IMG/VR virus record: IMGVR_UViG_3300048998_000237
Span: 1-47,611 of that record
Source: a virus
Taxonomy: Duplodnaviria > Caudoviricetes
Reading direction: 5' to 3' (one strand)
Length of the DNA: 47,611 nt
The notes below the pieces were generated by a model. It ran no database searches, had not been told where the DNA came from, and saw only the letters and a list, made by a program, of their open reading frames with translations. The translations under genes and the position numbers were made by a program. The first letter of the stretch is position 1. Every line of letters begins with the position of its first letter. Below are positions 34,313-42,325 of the stretch, in pieces.

Positions 34313-35040
34313 CAGAGCTCCGTGTCCAGTTGCGTGCCGTCCGGCGTGGCCGTGTCGGTGAGCCATTCGATGACACGGAACGCCGGGTAGCGGACCGCGT
34401 CGGCGCGGCTGCCGACGACGACGAACTTCGGCCCGTAGCCGAGCTTGCGCCAGTTGGTGAGCGTCGTCACGGTGACGTTCAGCAGCAGGGCGAGCTCCGA
34501 CGGGGCCCATACGCGCACCCGGATGTCATCGACCTGCAGGTCGGCGAAGAACGACTGCGAGACGCTGAGGCGCTGCGCGAACTGCAGCATGTCCTGCTGC
34601 AGCCGCTGCATCGACGCGTTGGCATCGATGACGATCTGCACCGGCTCGTACGGGCTCGGCGTGCCAGTGACCAGCGGTGCACGTTCCAGTTGCGGGTCCG
34701 GGCTGAGCCGTGGACGACCCAGGCGTGGCCCGTTCTCGATCTCCGCGACCAGCTGCGCGTCCTGCTGCTGCACGATCGCACGCCCGCCGGCCTCATCGTA
34801 GAACTGGCGGAACGCCGTGGCGAGGGCGTCGATCTGCTTCGCATACCCGGTGAGTGCGAGGTCCGTGCTCTGCTCAAGCGCGGTGGCGCTGATTTCCATC
34901 AGCTTGCCGATGATCGTCGGGGTCGCCTCGATGCTGCCGATGAAGACGTCGACCAGCGGCGTCGTGCGTGCCAGGCGGTCCCGTGCCGCGTCGAACCGGA
35001 GACGCTGCCAGCTGACGTCGGGGAAGTCGGTGCTCAGCAT
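34312..35040 (-). CDS. Protein with a C-terminal AlpA/excisionase-like HTH, 242 aa
   Basis: WAPSELALLLNVTVTTLTNWRKLGYGPKFVVVG....VRY. Confidence 0.75.
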   Translation of the reverse strand: MLSTDFPDVSWQRLRFDAARDRLARTTPLVDVFIGSIEATPTIIGKLMEISATALEQSTDLALTGYAKQIDALATAFRQFYDEAGGRAIVQQQDAQLVAEIENGPRLGRPRLSPDPQLERAPLVTGTPSPYEPVQIVIDANASMQRLQQDMLQFAQRLSVSQSFFADLQVDDIRVRVWAPSELALLLNVTVTTLTNWRKLGYGPKFVVVGSRADAVRYPAFRVIEWLTDTATPDGTQLDTEL

Positions 35041-35363
35041 CAGTGCACGTCCAGTCGGTCAGCTTCGTCGGCCAGCAGGTTCGCGAGCTCGGTCGGATCG
35101 AGCCGGTTGGCGTAGTACCGCAGCGCGCCGTCACGCTGCAGCTTCACGTCGAAAATGTGCTCCTCGAACTGCACGCCGATCCAGATGAAGCCGTCCGGGT
35201 GCGCGTTGAGGTAGTCAGCAGTCGCCCCGTCACCATGGGTCAGGTCCAGCAGGATCGACACGTCGGTGAACGTGGTTTCCGCGCGGACGCCGTTGAACGC
35301 GGCGTCCAGCGCCTCGAGCGCTGCCACCTGCTCCGGGGTGAGCGTGGGGATGATGATGGTCAC
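35040..35363 (-). CDS. Hypothetical protein, 107 aa
   Basis: AAGGAG RBS before GTG 35363; stop is coupled to the next gene. Confidence 0.7.
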   Translation of the reverse strand: MTIIIPTLTPEQVAALEALDAAFNGVRAETTFTDVSILLDLTHGDGATADYLNAHPDGFIWIGVQFEEHIFDVKLQRDGALRYYANRLDPTELANLLADEADRLDVH

Positions 35364-35443
35364 GGTGTGCTCCTTGGTTGGGGTCTGAGAGGTGCAACGC
35401 GTCCTCCCTGGGGTGTGCGTCCAGGGAAGGCACGCAACGGCGC

Positions 35444-36082
35444 TCAGCGCGGAGGGCGGTTCGGCTGGACTAGCACGCGGAAGGTGTGCTGGTCGACGGC
35501 GTACGTGATTGTCGCCATGATCGGGTTCCGGGCGATACCGGACTCCGATGTTGCGGCGCCACCGGAGAACGCCCACGCTGCGCTCTTGTCCGCGGCTCCA
35601 GTCAGCGGCGAGCGGAGCTTGGTCAGCCGTGCCAGGTAGTGCGGGTTCAACAGCAGGACGCCGCTGAGCTCATCGACGGTTTCTGGGTACAGACGGCTGA
35701 TCGCCGGGTAGTTGCCGCTGATGACCGGCGCCGTCTGCTGCGCCGTTTCGTGGCGCAGGGTGACGGTGTGCTTGTCGGTGTCGTGCTCCAGCGTGACGGC
35801 GGCGCCCCGAGTCTTCGGCAGCGACTTCACGAACGTCTTCAGCAGGTCCGGCGGGAGGATCAGCAGGGGGATCTCCGCCGTGCTGTCTTCGATGACGCCG
35901 GTGTACTCGCCGCAGGTGAAGCGGTCAGTGGCGGTGAGCGTGATCTGTCCGTTGCTCACCGTAACAGCGACGCCGGAGATGACCGGAGACATCTGCGCGC
36001 TCGATCCAGTTGCGGCGAACGTTAGGAGGTCGGCGGCTGCCGTGATGTGCGCGGCGGTAACGGTGACGGTGTGAATCGACAT
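35444..36082 (-). CDS. DNA polymerase III beta sliding-clamp-like protein (truncated), 212 aa
   Basis: PVISGV...LTATDRF...ISGNYPAISRLYP...LNPHYL corresponds to DnaN PILTGV/ATDRYRL/GxYPxxxxLxP/FNPxYL. Confidence 0.7.
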   Translation of the reverse strand: MSIHTVTVTAAHITAAADLLTFAATGSSAQMSPVISGVAVTVSNGQITLTATDRFTCGEYTGVIEDSTAEIPLLILPPDLLKTFVKSLPKTRGAAVTLEHDTDKHTVTLRHETAQQTAPVISGNYPAISRLYPETVDELSGVLLLNPHYLARLTKLRSPLTGAADKSAAWAFSGGAATSESGIARNPIMATITYAVDQHTFRVLVQPNRPPR

Positions 36083-36129
36083 GGGGTGTCCTTCGTGGTT
36101 GGGCAGTGCGTGGTTGGCGGTGGTTGTGG

Positions 36130-36600
36130 AGCCGAAATATTAGTTGCGGTGCAGTGAGCGGGTCGAGGTCTATTCACCGCTTTTCCTATTTGCAGGCTTC
36201 TGACGCTGATTAATAGGCTACCACAGATCGAGTGAAGACTAGACAGTAATTTTAATTTTCCTGGCTCTAGGTCAAAAGAGGTATATGGGGATCTTGGGGC
36301 TGTGGATAAGTCGGAAAAGCCCCGATGAGCCGGTGAATGGCGGCGGTGCGCTGTTCTGTTTTCGCGCGGGGGTAGAATTGTTTGTCTACTGCGACTACTT
36401 TTGGCTGATAGGAAAGTTGGTAGGTGAGATGGTCTGCATCTCAGCAAACTTTTTGTACCCCTTACCTGTTTGCTGTCAGGTTCCACTCAGAAACCGATTT
36501 TGAATTAATTAGGGTTCTTGGACTTCAAAGAACCCTATTTTTCTCTATCCGACACGTGTTGCCTACTCGGCCGGGCTGATACTTTAATCCAGCATCCAGG
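36130..36600. other. AT-rich non-coding region, candidate replication origin / promoter region
   Basis: About 43% GC over 36181-36300 (counted); a perfect DnaA box TGTGGATAA at 36301-36309; hairpin at 36510-36537. Confidence 0.55.
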
Positions 36601-36726
36601 TTAGAGGGCTCCGAGGAGGATCCAACCGACCAGGACGACCACCCCGACGCTGACGCCGATGACCGCAAAACCCTCGAGCCGATCGGGCAGCTGCTGCCAC
36701 CATTCCGAGCCGTTGCGGCGACTCAT
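36601..36726 (-). CDS. Small membrane protein, 41 aa (MSRRNGSEWW...VVVLVGWILLGAL)
   Basis: ATGA-coupled to the upstream gene; C-terminal TM helix. Confidence 0.6.
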   Translation of the reverse strand: MSRRNGSEWWQQLPDRLEGFAVIGVSVGVVVLVGWILLGAL

Positions 36727-36869
36727 CGGACGTTGCTGCGTGTCCGGTGCGAGCTCACCGAGTCGACGTGGTCACGTGCCACACGATCCAGTCGCGTCGC
36801 CCGCGGCTCGTTGCCGTACTTGATGGCCCGGGCCGCGGCGTACGCGGTGCGGGCGGCTCCGGCGCTCAT
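36723..36869 (-). CDS. Small basic hypothetical protein, 48 aa
   Basis: ATGA overlaps at both ends. Confidence 0.55.
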   Translation of the reverse strand: MSAGAARTAYAAARAIKYGNEPRATRLDRVARDHVDSVSSHRTRSNVR

Positions 36870-37399
36870 CGGACGACGTGCGAGATGCGACCCGCGGCGG
36901 TGAGGGCGAACGTGTGGGGCTGATTGCGGTACTCGGCATTGTCGATGGCGTAGGCCAAGCTGGCGTCGTTGCTCAGGCGGTAGCTGACGCGGACGCCGAG
37001 CGTCCAACCCTCTGTGTTGCCCGCGCCCGTCACCGCGCCACCGATCTGCAGCGTGACGCTCATCATCGGGTTGCCGTTCACCGTGTGCCCGTGGCGGTCG
37101 ATGTACGTCACGAATCCAGTCACGGCCCGCGCTCGGCCCGTGCCCGGGACGATGGCGATGCTGTAGCGCCGCCGGGTGTCGGTGCCGATGTGCACGACGC
37201 CGAGGTTCTCGAGGATCACCGCATCCGGTCCGAACGCTTCCCGGGCCCGCTTCAGCGCTCGACTGCGGGTTGTGGCGCCGTGTTCGAGGTGGTCGCCGTA
37301 GTTGTTCGCGTTCGGGAGGCGGTAGGCCCGCTCCTCGACGTACAGGTTCCCGTTCTTGTTCTCCGCGCGGCCGTCCACGTCGTGACTGATGATCGTCAT
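36866..37399 (-). CDS. Hypothetical early protein, 177 aa
   Basis: AAGGAG RBS 8 nt before ATG 37399; has its own promoter. Confidence 0.75.
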   Translation of the reverse strand: MTIISHDVDGRAENKNGNLYVEERAYRLPNANNYGDHLEHGATTRSRALKRAREAFGPDAVILENLGVVHIGTDTRRRYSIAIVPGTGRARAVTGFVTYIDRHGHTVNGNPMMSVTLQIGGAVTGAGNTEGWTLGVRVSYRLSNDASLAYAIDNAEYRNQPHTFALTAAGRISHVVR

Positions 37400-37444
37400 G
37401 TGACTCACTCCTTGTGTCTGTCGGCCTCTCTGGCCGATGACTTA

Positions 37445-37473
37445 AGTATGTCATCAAATCAGCAAATCAGCAA
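37445..37473 (-). promoter_or_regulatory. Promoter TTGCTG-17-CATACT with extended TG
   Basis: cagcaa at 37468-37473 and agtatg at 37445-37450; tandem aaatcagc repeats. Confidence 0.7.
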
Positions 37474-37545
37474 ACCGTGCAGGGCTTCGCGACTCTGAGC
37501 GCGGGCGTGCGTTCCAGTCGTTGTGACACGGCGCCGGGCACAGCA

Positions 37546-37577
37546 AAGCGCCCTGCCTCCGAAGAGACAGGGCGCTT
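37546..37577 (-). terminator. Intrinsic terminator with a cUUCGg tetraloop
   Basis: Minus strand reads aagcgccctgtctc-ttcg-gaggcagggcgctt-tg. Confidence 0.75.
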
Positions 37578-37672
37578 GCGGGCCTACCAGCCCATCCCCG
37601 CCGAGGTGAGTGCGATCGCGAGGACAGCAGCGGCTGCCGCGTACAGGGGCCAGAGCCCGTGATCCCGGCGCA

Positions 37673-38020
37673 TTAGGCGCGCCCCCCGCTGATGATGGTG
37701 GGCCCGCCATCGTCCAGCGGATACCACCGGAAGACGTCACCGTCGGTGTTGACGTACGTCTCTCCCCACCCCAGGTCGCCCCATGCGGGGTCGATCAGGC
37801 CGGTCGCCACCACCCGGCGCTCGGCCGGCGTGGTCACGTCCCAGTCCATTCGAGCCATGCTGGTCCTGCTACCCCACAGGTTGATGCTGCCCTTGTTCGT
37901 CGCGGCGGCGTGCTCGTGCCGGTTGAGCACGGGCACTGCCAGCTTCGCGGTGAAGTAGGCAAGCGACTCGAGGTGGGCAGGCTCGAGGTCAGCGATCGGG
38001 GTGTGGATGAAGATGGACAT
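37673..38020 (-). CDS. Hypothetical early protein, 115 aa
   Basis: GAAGGAG RBS; has its own promoter and a downstream terminator. Confidence 0.7.
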   Translation of the reverse strand: MSIFIHTPIADLEPAHLESLAYFTAKLAVPVLNRHEHAAATNKGSINLWGSRTSMARMDWDVTTPAERRVVATGLIDPAWGDLGWGETYVNTDGDVFRWYPLDDGGPTIISGGRA

Positions 38021-38058
38021 GGTCACTCCTTCGGGTTGGTTGCTTGCTTGATGTGATC

Positions 38059-38087
38059 AGCTTATCAGTAGATCAGCAGATACGCAA
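38059..38087 (-). promoter_or_regulatory. Promoter TTGCGT-17-TAAGCT with extended TG
   Basis: acgcaa at 38082-38087 and agctta at 38059-38064; three ATCAG copies nearby. Confidence 0.7.
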
Positions 38088-38102
38088 GGGCATGAGGCAA
38101 GA

Positions 38103-38188
38103 GGGCAGGGGGGGTGGGGTGCCCGGGTGGCAAGGCATCCCCCCACCCCCACCCCCTACCCCTACCCCTACCCCCGGGGTGGGGGTGG
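38103..38188. repeat. G-tract / C-tract low-complexity element with (CCCCTA)3
   Basis: Six C4-6 runs at 38139-38175 flanked by G runs; lies at the divergence point of transcription. Confidence 0.85.
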
Positions 38189-38258
38189 CTGGCGTGCGCT
38201 GCGCGCAGCGAGCCATGTCGTCGGGTCGTCGTCCTTCCACTTGTTATTGCCTCAGCCG

Positions 38259-38344
38259 CCAGGCCACTTCGCCCTCCGAGATGTATAGCAACTTTGCATA
38301 CCCAGGCCACTTCGCCCTCCCCGATGTATAGCAACTTTGCCTAC
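38259..38344. repeat. Tandem 43-bp direct repeat (2 copies, 40/43 identical)
   Basis: ccaggccacttcgccctcc(ga/cc)gatgtatagcaactttgc(a/c)tac at 38259 and 38302. Confidence 0.95.
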
Positions 38345-38419
38345 CAACAACCCCTGGTGCTCGATACCCCTCTGGTTGTATAGTGACAATGTCAACCACC
38401 CCCGAGAGGACCCCGAGCC

Positions 38420-38929
38420 ATGACGTTGTACCTGAACAAGAACGAGCTGCTCGATACGCTGATCGAGCGCTACACCACCGCGGAGCGGACGGCGAACATC
38501 GCCCCGTCCGGCTACCAGGCCCTCAGCGACCTGATCCACGAGATCAAGCGCGGTGAGTACGACATCGACCCCCCCGCCGTCGACCGCCCCACCGAAGGGG
38601 CCAACGCCCCCGCCGCCGAGCAGGACCCGCTCGAGCAGGCCGTTGACCGGATCATCGCCGACGACGCCGCTTCGAACGTCATCGCGTCGCTGCGGATCGG
38701 TGATTCCCGACTGGTGCAGAAGATCCTCAACGACCGGCGCACGCAGGCGATCGAGACGGCGCAGCGGATCCAGATCGCCGCCTCGGAGTTCAGCAAGTAC
38801 GTCCAGGCGGTCCTGCACCTGGCCGACGATGACGATCCCAGCGACGGCCCCAGCGACGAGTTCCTCCGCAGCGAGTTCCTCCGCGATGACGAGCCCGCCC
38901 GCGCCCTCCGGTACAAGGGCCGCGTCTGA
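38420..38929 (+). CDS. Hypothetical protein, 169 aa
   Basis: GAGAGGA RBS and TATAGT -10 at 38379-38384; good codon bias. Confidence 0.75.
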   Translation: MTLYLNKNELLDTLIERYTTAERTANIAPSGYQALSDLIHEIKRGEYDIDPPAVDRPTEGANAPAAEQDPLEQAVDRIIADDAASNVIASLRIGDSRLVQKILNDRRTQAIETAQRIQIAASEFSKYVQAVLHLADDDDPSDGPSDEFLRSEFLRDDEPARALRYKGRV

Positions 38930-39483
38930 TGCCGAAGTTCCCCGACCATCCGCTGACCGTTGCGCGGGAGCACGCCGGTCTGACGCAGCAGGAGCTCGCC
39001 CGCCGCGCCGGCATCAACCGGCTGACGGTGGCGAAGATCGAGGGCGCGGCGACGCGGTCGCTGAGCGCGGACACCCGCGTGCGGCTCGAGCGGGAGCTGC
39101 ACATGCCGGCGGGGCGCCTGCAGTACGCGATGGACTCCTGGTTCGCGCACCTGAAGCCGTCGGACCATCTCGGCACGGCCGTGCAGTCGCTGCTCCGGCT
39201 GAGCCCGGAGGGACTGACGGCCCGGTTCGCCAGCTTCGCCGCGTGGCGGCAGGCGATCGCACCGTCGGCGGAGTTCTTCGCCGCGCTGATCGGCGTGCAC
39301 CGGGCGACGGTGACGGACTACGAGAAGGGCATCCGCACGAATGGGATGTCCTCGAACCTCGCCAGCGCCCTGCTGACGTTGGGCATCACCGCCGAGTACC
39401 TGACGGCGTTGCGTCGGCTGCCGCCGACGTCGGAGCACCGTGAGCCGCGCATCGGCCGGTTCATGCTGGATGAGAAGGAGTAG
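38929..39483 (+). CDS. XRE/Cro-type regulator with two HTH domains, 184 aa
   Basis: AREHAGLTQQELARRAGINRLTVAKIE and a second FAALIGVHRATVTDYEKG. Confidence 0.85.
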   Translation: MPKFPDHPLTVAREHAGLTQQELARRAGINRLTVAKIEGAATRSLSADTRVRLERELHMPAGRLQYAMDSWFAHLKPSDHLGTAVQSLLRLSPEGLTARFASFAAWRQAIAPSAEFFAALIGVHRATVTDYEKGIRTNGMSSNLASALLTLGITAEYLTALRRLPPTSEHREPRIGRFMLDEKE

Positions 39484-39486
39484 CTG

Positions 39487-39654
39487 ATGGACCTGCTGAT
39501 CGAGTTCTTCCTGCTGGGCGGGTGGATCCTGCTCGTGCCGGCGTTCGTGGTGCTGGGGATGACGGCCTGGGTGCTGATCGGTAACGCGGTGGACCGCCAC
39601 CGGGCGCTGCAGGATGGCGACATCCGCGAGTGGGAGCGGCACACCACGCCGTAG
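39487..39654 (+). CDS. Small membrane protein, 55 aa
   Basis: GAAGGAG RBS; hydrophobic N-terminus MDLLIEFFLLGGWILLVPAFVVLGMTAWVLIG. Confidence 0.7.
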   Translation: MDLLIEFFLLGGWILLVPAFVVLGMTAWVLIGNAVDRHRALQDGDIREWERHTTP

Positions 39655-39717
39655 GCACCCCGCAACCCCCTCACCCCGTTACCACGCCGTAACCCCCCAG
39701 GGACGTACACTGGCGCC

Positions 39718-40524
39718 ATGCCCTCGTACGTCGAGCCGTTCGCCGGGTTCTCCCCCAAGAACCTGCCGGACTTCACACCAGCGAAGCCCCGCCGCGCCCC
39801 TTCCCCGGCCGAGCGGGGCTTCGCTGCTGCCGTGACGGTGGCGGAGCGGCTGCAGCGCCAGGGCATCTCCATCGACCCGGGGACGCTGTCCCGCGAGTGC
39901 TACGGGATGAGCTTCGACGACGCGGCGGAGCTGCTCGGCTCGAGCCGGTTCGCGGCCGCACTCGAGGAGCGGGGCATCAGCCTGCACCCGATGCAGGATC
40001 TCTCCCCCCGGCAGGCGGCGGCGCTCGCCATCTACCTCGACACCACCTCCTCCGCCACGCACGCGCAGAAGCTGCGGGCGTCGGGGATCAGCGAGGCGAC
40101 GTGGCGGGGGTGGCTCCGGCAGCCGAAGTTCGCCAGCTACATGTCGACGGTGAGCGATGAGATCCTCGCGGCGAGCATCCCCGTGGCGAAGCAGCGCATC
40201 GCGCAGGGCGTCGACGCCGGCGACATCAAGTTCATCGACCTGGCGCTGCGGCTCACCGGCAACAACCCGGACGCCGACGTGAACGTGCACGCGGCGATGA
40301 TGGCGATCTTCGAGATCCTCGACACGGAGGTCGACCCGCAGACGATGCGCCGGATCGCGGAGAAGGTGTCGGGGATGATGAACGGCGCGCAGGGCGCCGC
40401 ACTCCGCCAGGGTGTCGGTGCGACGACGGCCGGCAGCGTGGCAGCCCTGCCGGCAGCGGACGGTGCGGTATCCTCAGCCTCGCAGGGCTCCTACGTCCTG
40501 CAGAAGTCGAGCCGGGAAGGCTGA
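39718..40524 (+). CDS. Putative terminase small subunit (phBC6A51-like HTH), 268 aa, leaderless
   Basis: LSPRQAAA...KLRASGISEATWRGWLRQPKF..Y...AGDIKFIDLALRLTG; TACACT 6 nt upstream of the ATG. Confidence 0.6.
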   Translation: MPSYVEPFAGFSPKNLPDFTPAKPRRAPSPAERGFAAAVTVAERLQRQGISIDPGTLSRECYGMSFDDAAELLGSSRFAAALEERGISLHPMQDLSPRQAAALAIYLDTTSSATHAQKLRASGISEATWRGWLRQPKFASYMSTVSDEILAASIPVAKQRIAQGVDAGDIKFIDLALRLTGNNPDADVNVHAAMMAIFEILDTEVDPQTMRRIAEKVSGMMNGAQGAALRQGVGATTAGSVAALPAADGAVSSASQGSYVLQKSSREG

Positions 40525-40527
40525 TCG

Positions 40528-41052
40528 ATGACGTACACCGTGACCTCGCTGGGACTGCAGCTGCCCGACCCGGGCACCGGGCAGGCGTGGCAGACCTCGG
40601 TCTACAACGCGAACCTGCAGAAGATCAACGACGCCATCGCGGCACTCGCCGGTGTGCAGGTCCGGCAGCGGGCGCTGCAGCAGGGGGCTCCGAACGTCGC
40701 CGACAACACGATCGGTTCGACGTACAACTTCCCCGCGACGACGATCACCATCCCGAACGGCCAGAAGGCCCTGCTCCGGGTGGCGACGTCGCTGAACATG
40801 CGCCGACAGGCGACCGCTGGCTCCTTCGCCGGCAACTTGCACCCGGTGGTCAACTCCGTCAACCAAAGCGACTACCGGATGCACACCCACGACGCCGGGA
40901 CCGGCGTGTCGGTGGTGTTCGGCAAGGTGTGGACGATCGCCCTCACCGGCACCGGCCAGCCGATCCCGATCCGCATGTCCTTCGTCAGCGACGCGGCGAG
41001 CGTGCTCACCACCATCGGCGAGTACGACTTCGACTGGACGCTCGAGTACTAA
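40528..41052 (+). CDS. Minor tail / fibre-like virion protein, 174 aa
   Basis: N-terminal T.LGLQLPD......NANLQKINDAI fibre-attachment pattern and a beta-rich C-domain. Confidence 0.65.
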   Translation: MTYTVTSLGLQLPDPGTGQAWQTSVYNANLQKINDAIAALAGVQVRQRALQQGAPNVADNTIGSTYNFPATTITIPNGQKALLRVATSLNMRRQATAGSFAGNLHPVVNSVNQSDYRMHTHDAGTGVSVVFGKVWTIALTGTGQPIPIRMSFVSDAASVLTTIGEYDFDWTLEY

Positions 41053-41101
41053 CCTCCCCGACGCCGACCACGACGCCCTCGACCCGGAAAGGCTCACCCT
41101 C

Positions 41102-41860
41102 ATGTACGGAATCGGCCCATCGTCCTACCCGGACCTGAAGGGCGTCGAGCAGGTCATCCAGACTGAGCGGATGGCGGCGCAGTTCTGGTCGGTGAAGGTC
41201 GACTTCGACGCGTGGATGTTCAGCCTCGGCCGCACCGGCCGGCTGTCCGCGAACGAAGGCTTCCGCTCCGAGGAGCGGTGCATCGACCTCTGGAACCGCC
41301 GCGCGGAGCTCGGCATCGTCGTCGCCCCGCCGCTGACGTCCCGGCACTACCGGAAGCCGAACGCGATCGACTTCGGCATCACCGAGGCGGACGGCTCGAA
41401 CCGGGCGCTCGCCGACGACGAGTTCCTGATGCTGCACCGGCTCGTCGAGCTCCGCGGTGGCACCTGGACGGGCGTGCTGTTCGGCGAGAAGTGGCACCAC
41501 GAGATGGCGACGGTGCTCGAGCAGCTGCTGCCCTACCCGGACGCGCGTGCCCGCGCCGAAGCCGGTCCGACCCCACCCCCCACCTCCAGTCCCGAGGAGT
41601 TCGAGATGATCATGTTCCAGGTGAAGGGCGGCGGGATCTTCCTCGCCGGCCCCCAGTTCCTGACCCACTACGACGACGGCGCGGCCGCGGCGCGTGACGC
41701 CGACCGGTTCAAGCTGAAGATCGAGACGGTCGACCTCGTCGAAGGCCAGCGCCTCCTCGGCGTCTTCCACGTCCCGTGGAACTACGCCGACGCGAAGCAG
41801 TTCCGCAAGGCCGCACCGACCGGCCAGTGGGACTCCCGCGGCGCCGTGAAGGCGGTCTGA
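41102..41860 (+). CDS. Endolysin, peptidase M15 family, 252 aa
   Basis: NEGFRS, SRH.....AIDF and EKWH Zn-peptidase motifs, a Pro/Thr linker and a C-terminal domain; followed by a holin. Confidence 0.85.
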   Translation: MYGIGPSSYPDLKGVEQVIQTERMAAQFWSVKVDFDAWMFSLGRTGRLSANEGFRSEERCIDLWNRRAELGIVVAPPLTSRHYRKPNAIDFGITEADGSNRALADDEFLMLHRLVELRGGTWTGVLFGEKWHHEMATVLEQLLPYPDARARAEAGPTPPPTSSPEEFEMIMFQVKGGGIFLAGPQFLTHYDDGAAAARDADRFKLKIETVDLVEGQRLLGVFHVPWNYADAKQFRKAAPTGQWDSRGAVKAV

Positions 41861-41862
41861 TC

Positions 41863-42183
41863 ATGGCTGAGCACGAAGCAGCACCCGTCTCCGGCACGTC
41901 GAAGCTCCTCAGCAAGCTCGGCGCGCAGGCGAAGAAGGCGTGGGCCGGCGGCACCGCCGGTGCGACGCTCGCCATCGGCGGCATCTCCGTCAGCGGCTTC
42001 TGGGCCGACGGGCACGTCGACACCGGCAAGGTCGCCGCGGCGGCGGGCACGATCGTCGTCGGCTTCGTCGGCGGCTTCCTCGCCGTGTTCTTCGCCCCGG
42101 CGAACGTCCCCGACCCGGCGAGTCCGACCCTGCAGCCTGCCGCGTACGCGCCCACGTCGGAGGATCTCCGCGACGTGCAGTAA
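41863..42183 (+). CDS. Holin (2 TM), 106 aa
   Basis: KKAWAGG...VGGFLAVFFAPAN with two hydrophobic helices, directly after the endolysin. Confidence 0.75.
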   Translation: MAEHEAAPVSGTSKLLSKLGAQAKKAWAGGTAGATLAIGGISVSGFWADGHVDTGKVAAAAGTIVVGFVGGFLAVFFAPANVPDPASPTLQPAAYAPTSEDLRDVQ

Positions 42184-42251
42184 GCCGGGACGGGAACGAG
42201 GGTGCTCGTCCCGGTCCCCGGCGGGATGACGCGTTCCGCGCGGCCCCGCCT

Positions 42252-42286
42252 GAACGCCCCGTCGGCCTGACTCCGACGGGGCGTTC
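42252..42286 (+). terminator. Intrinsic terminator after the lysis genes
   Basis: gaacgccccgtcgg-cctgact-ccgacggggcgttc-tt, a 14-bp perfect stem. Confidence 0.8.
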
Positions 42287-42325
42287 TTCACGCGCGGAGC
42301 GGCCCCGGCCCCGTACACTGCTCGC

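Noticed and set aside
36022-36503. ORFs 36022..36486 (-) and 36285..36503 (+)
   Set aside because: They lie in the AT-rich region with no RBS, atypical codon use and no recognisable protein features.
38259-38344. 43-bp repeats as a mini CRISPR array
   Set aside because: Two directly abutting copies with no spacer.
33031-39483. Excisionase-like and XRE HTH genes as evidence of a temperate lifestyle
   Set aside because: No tyrosine or serine integrase and no ParA/ParB was recognised; HTH genes alone are insufficient, so lifestyle is left open.
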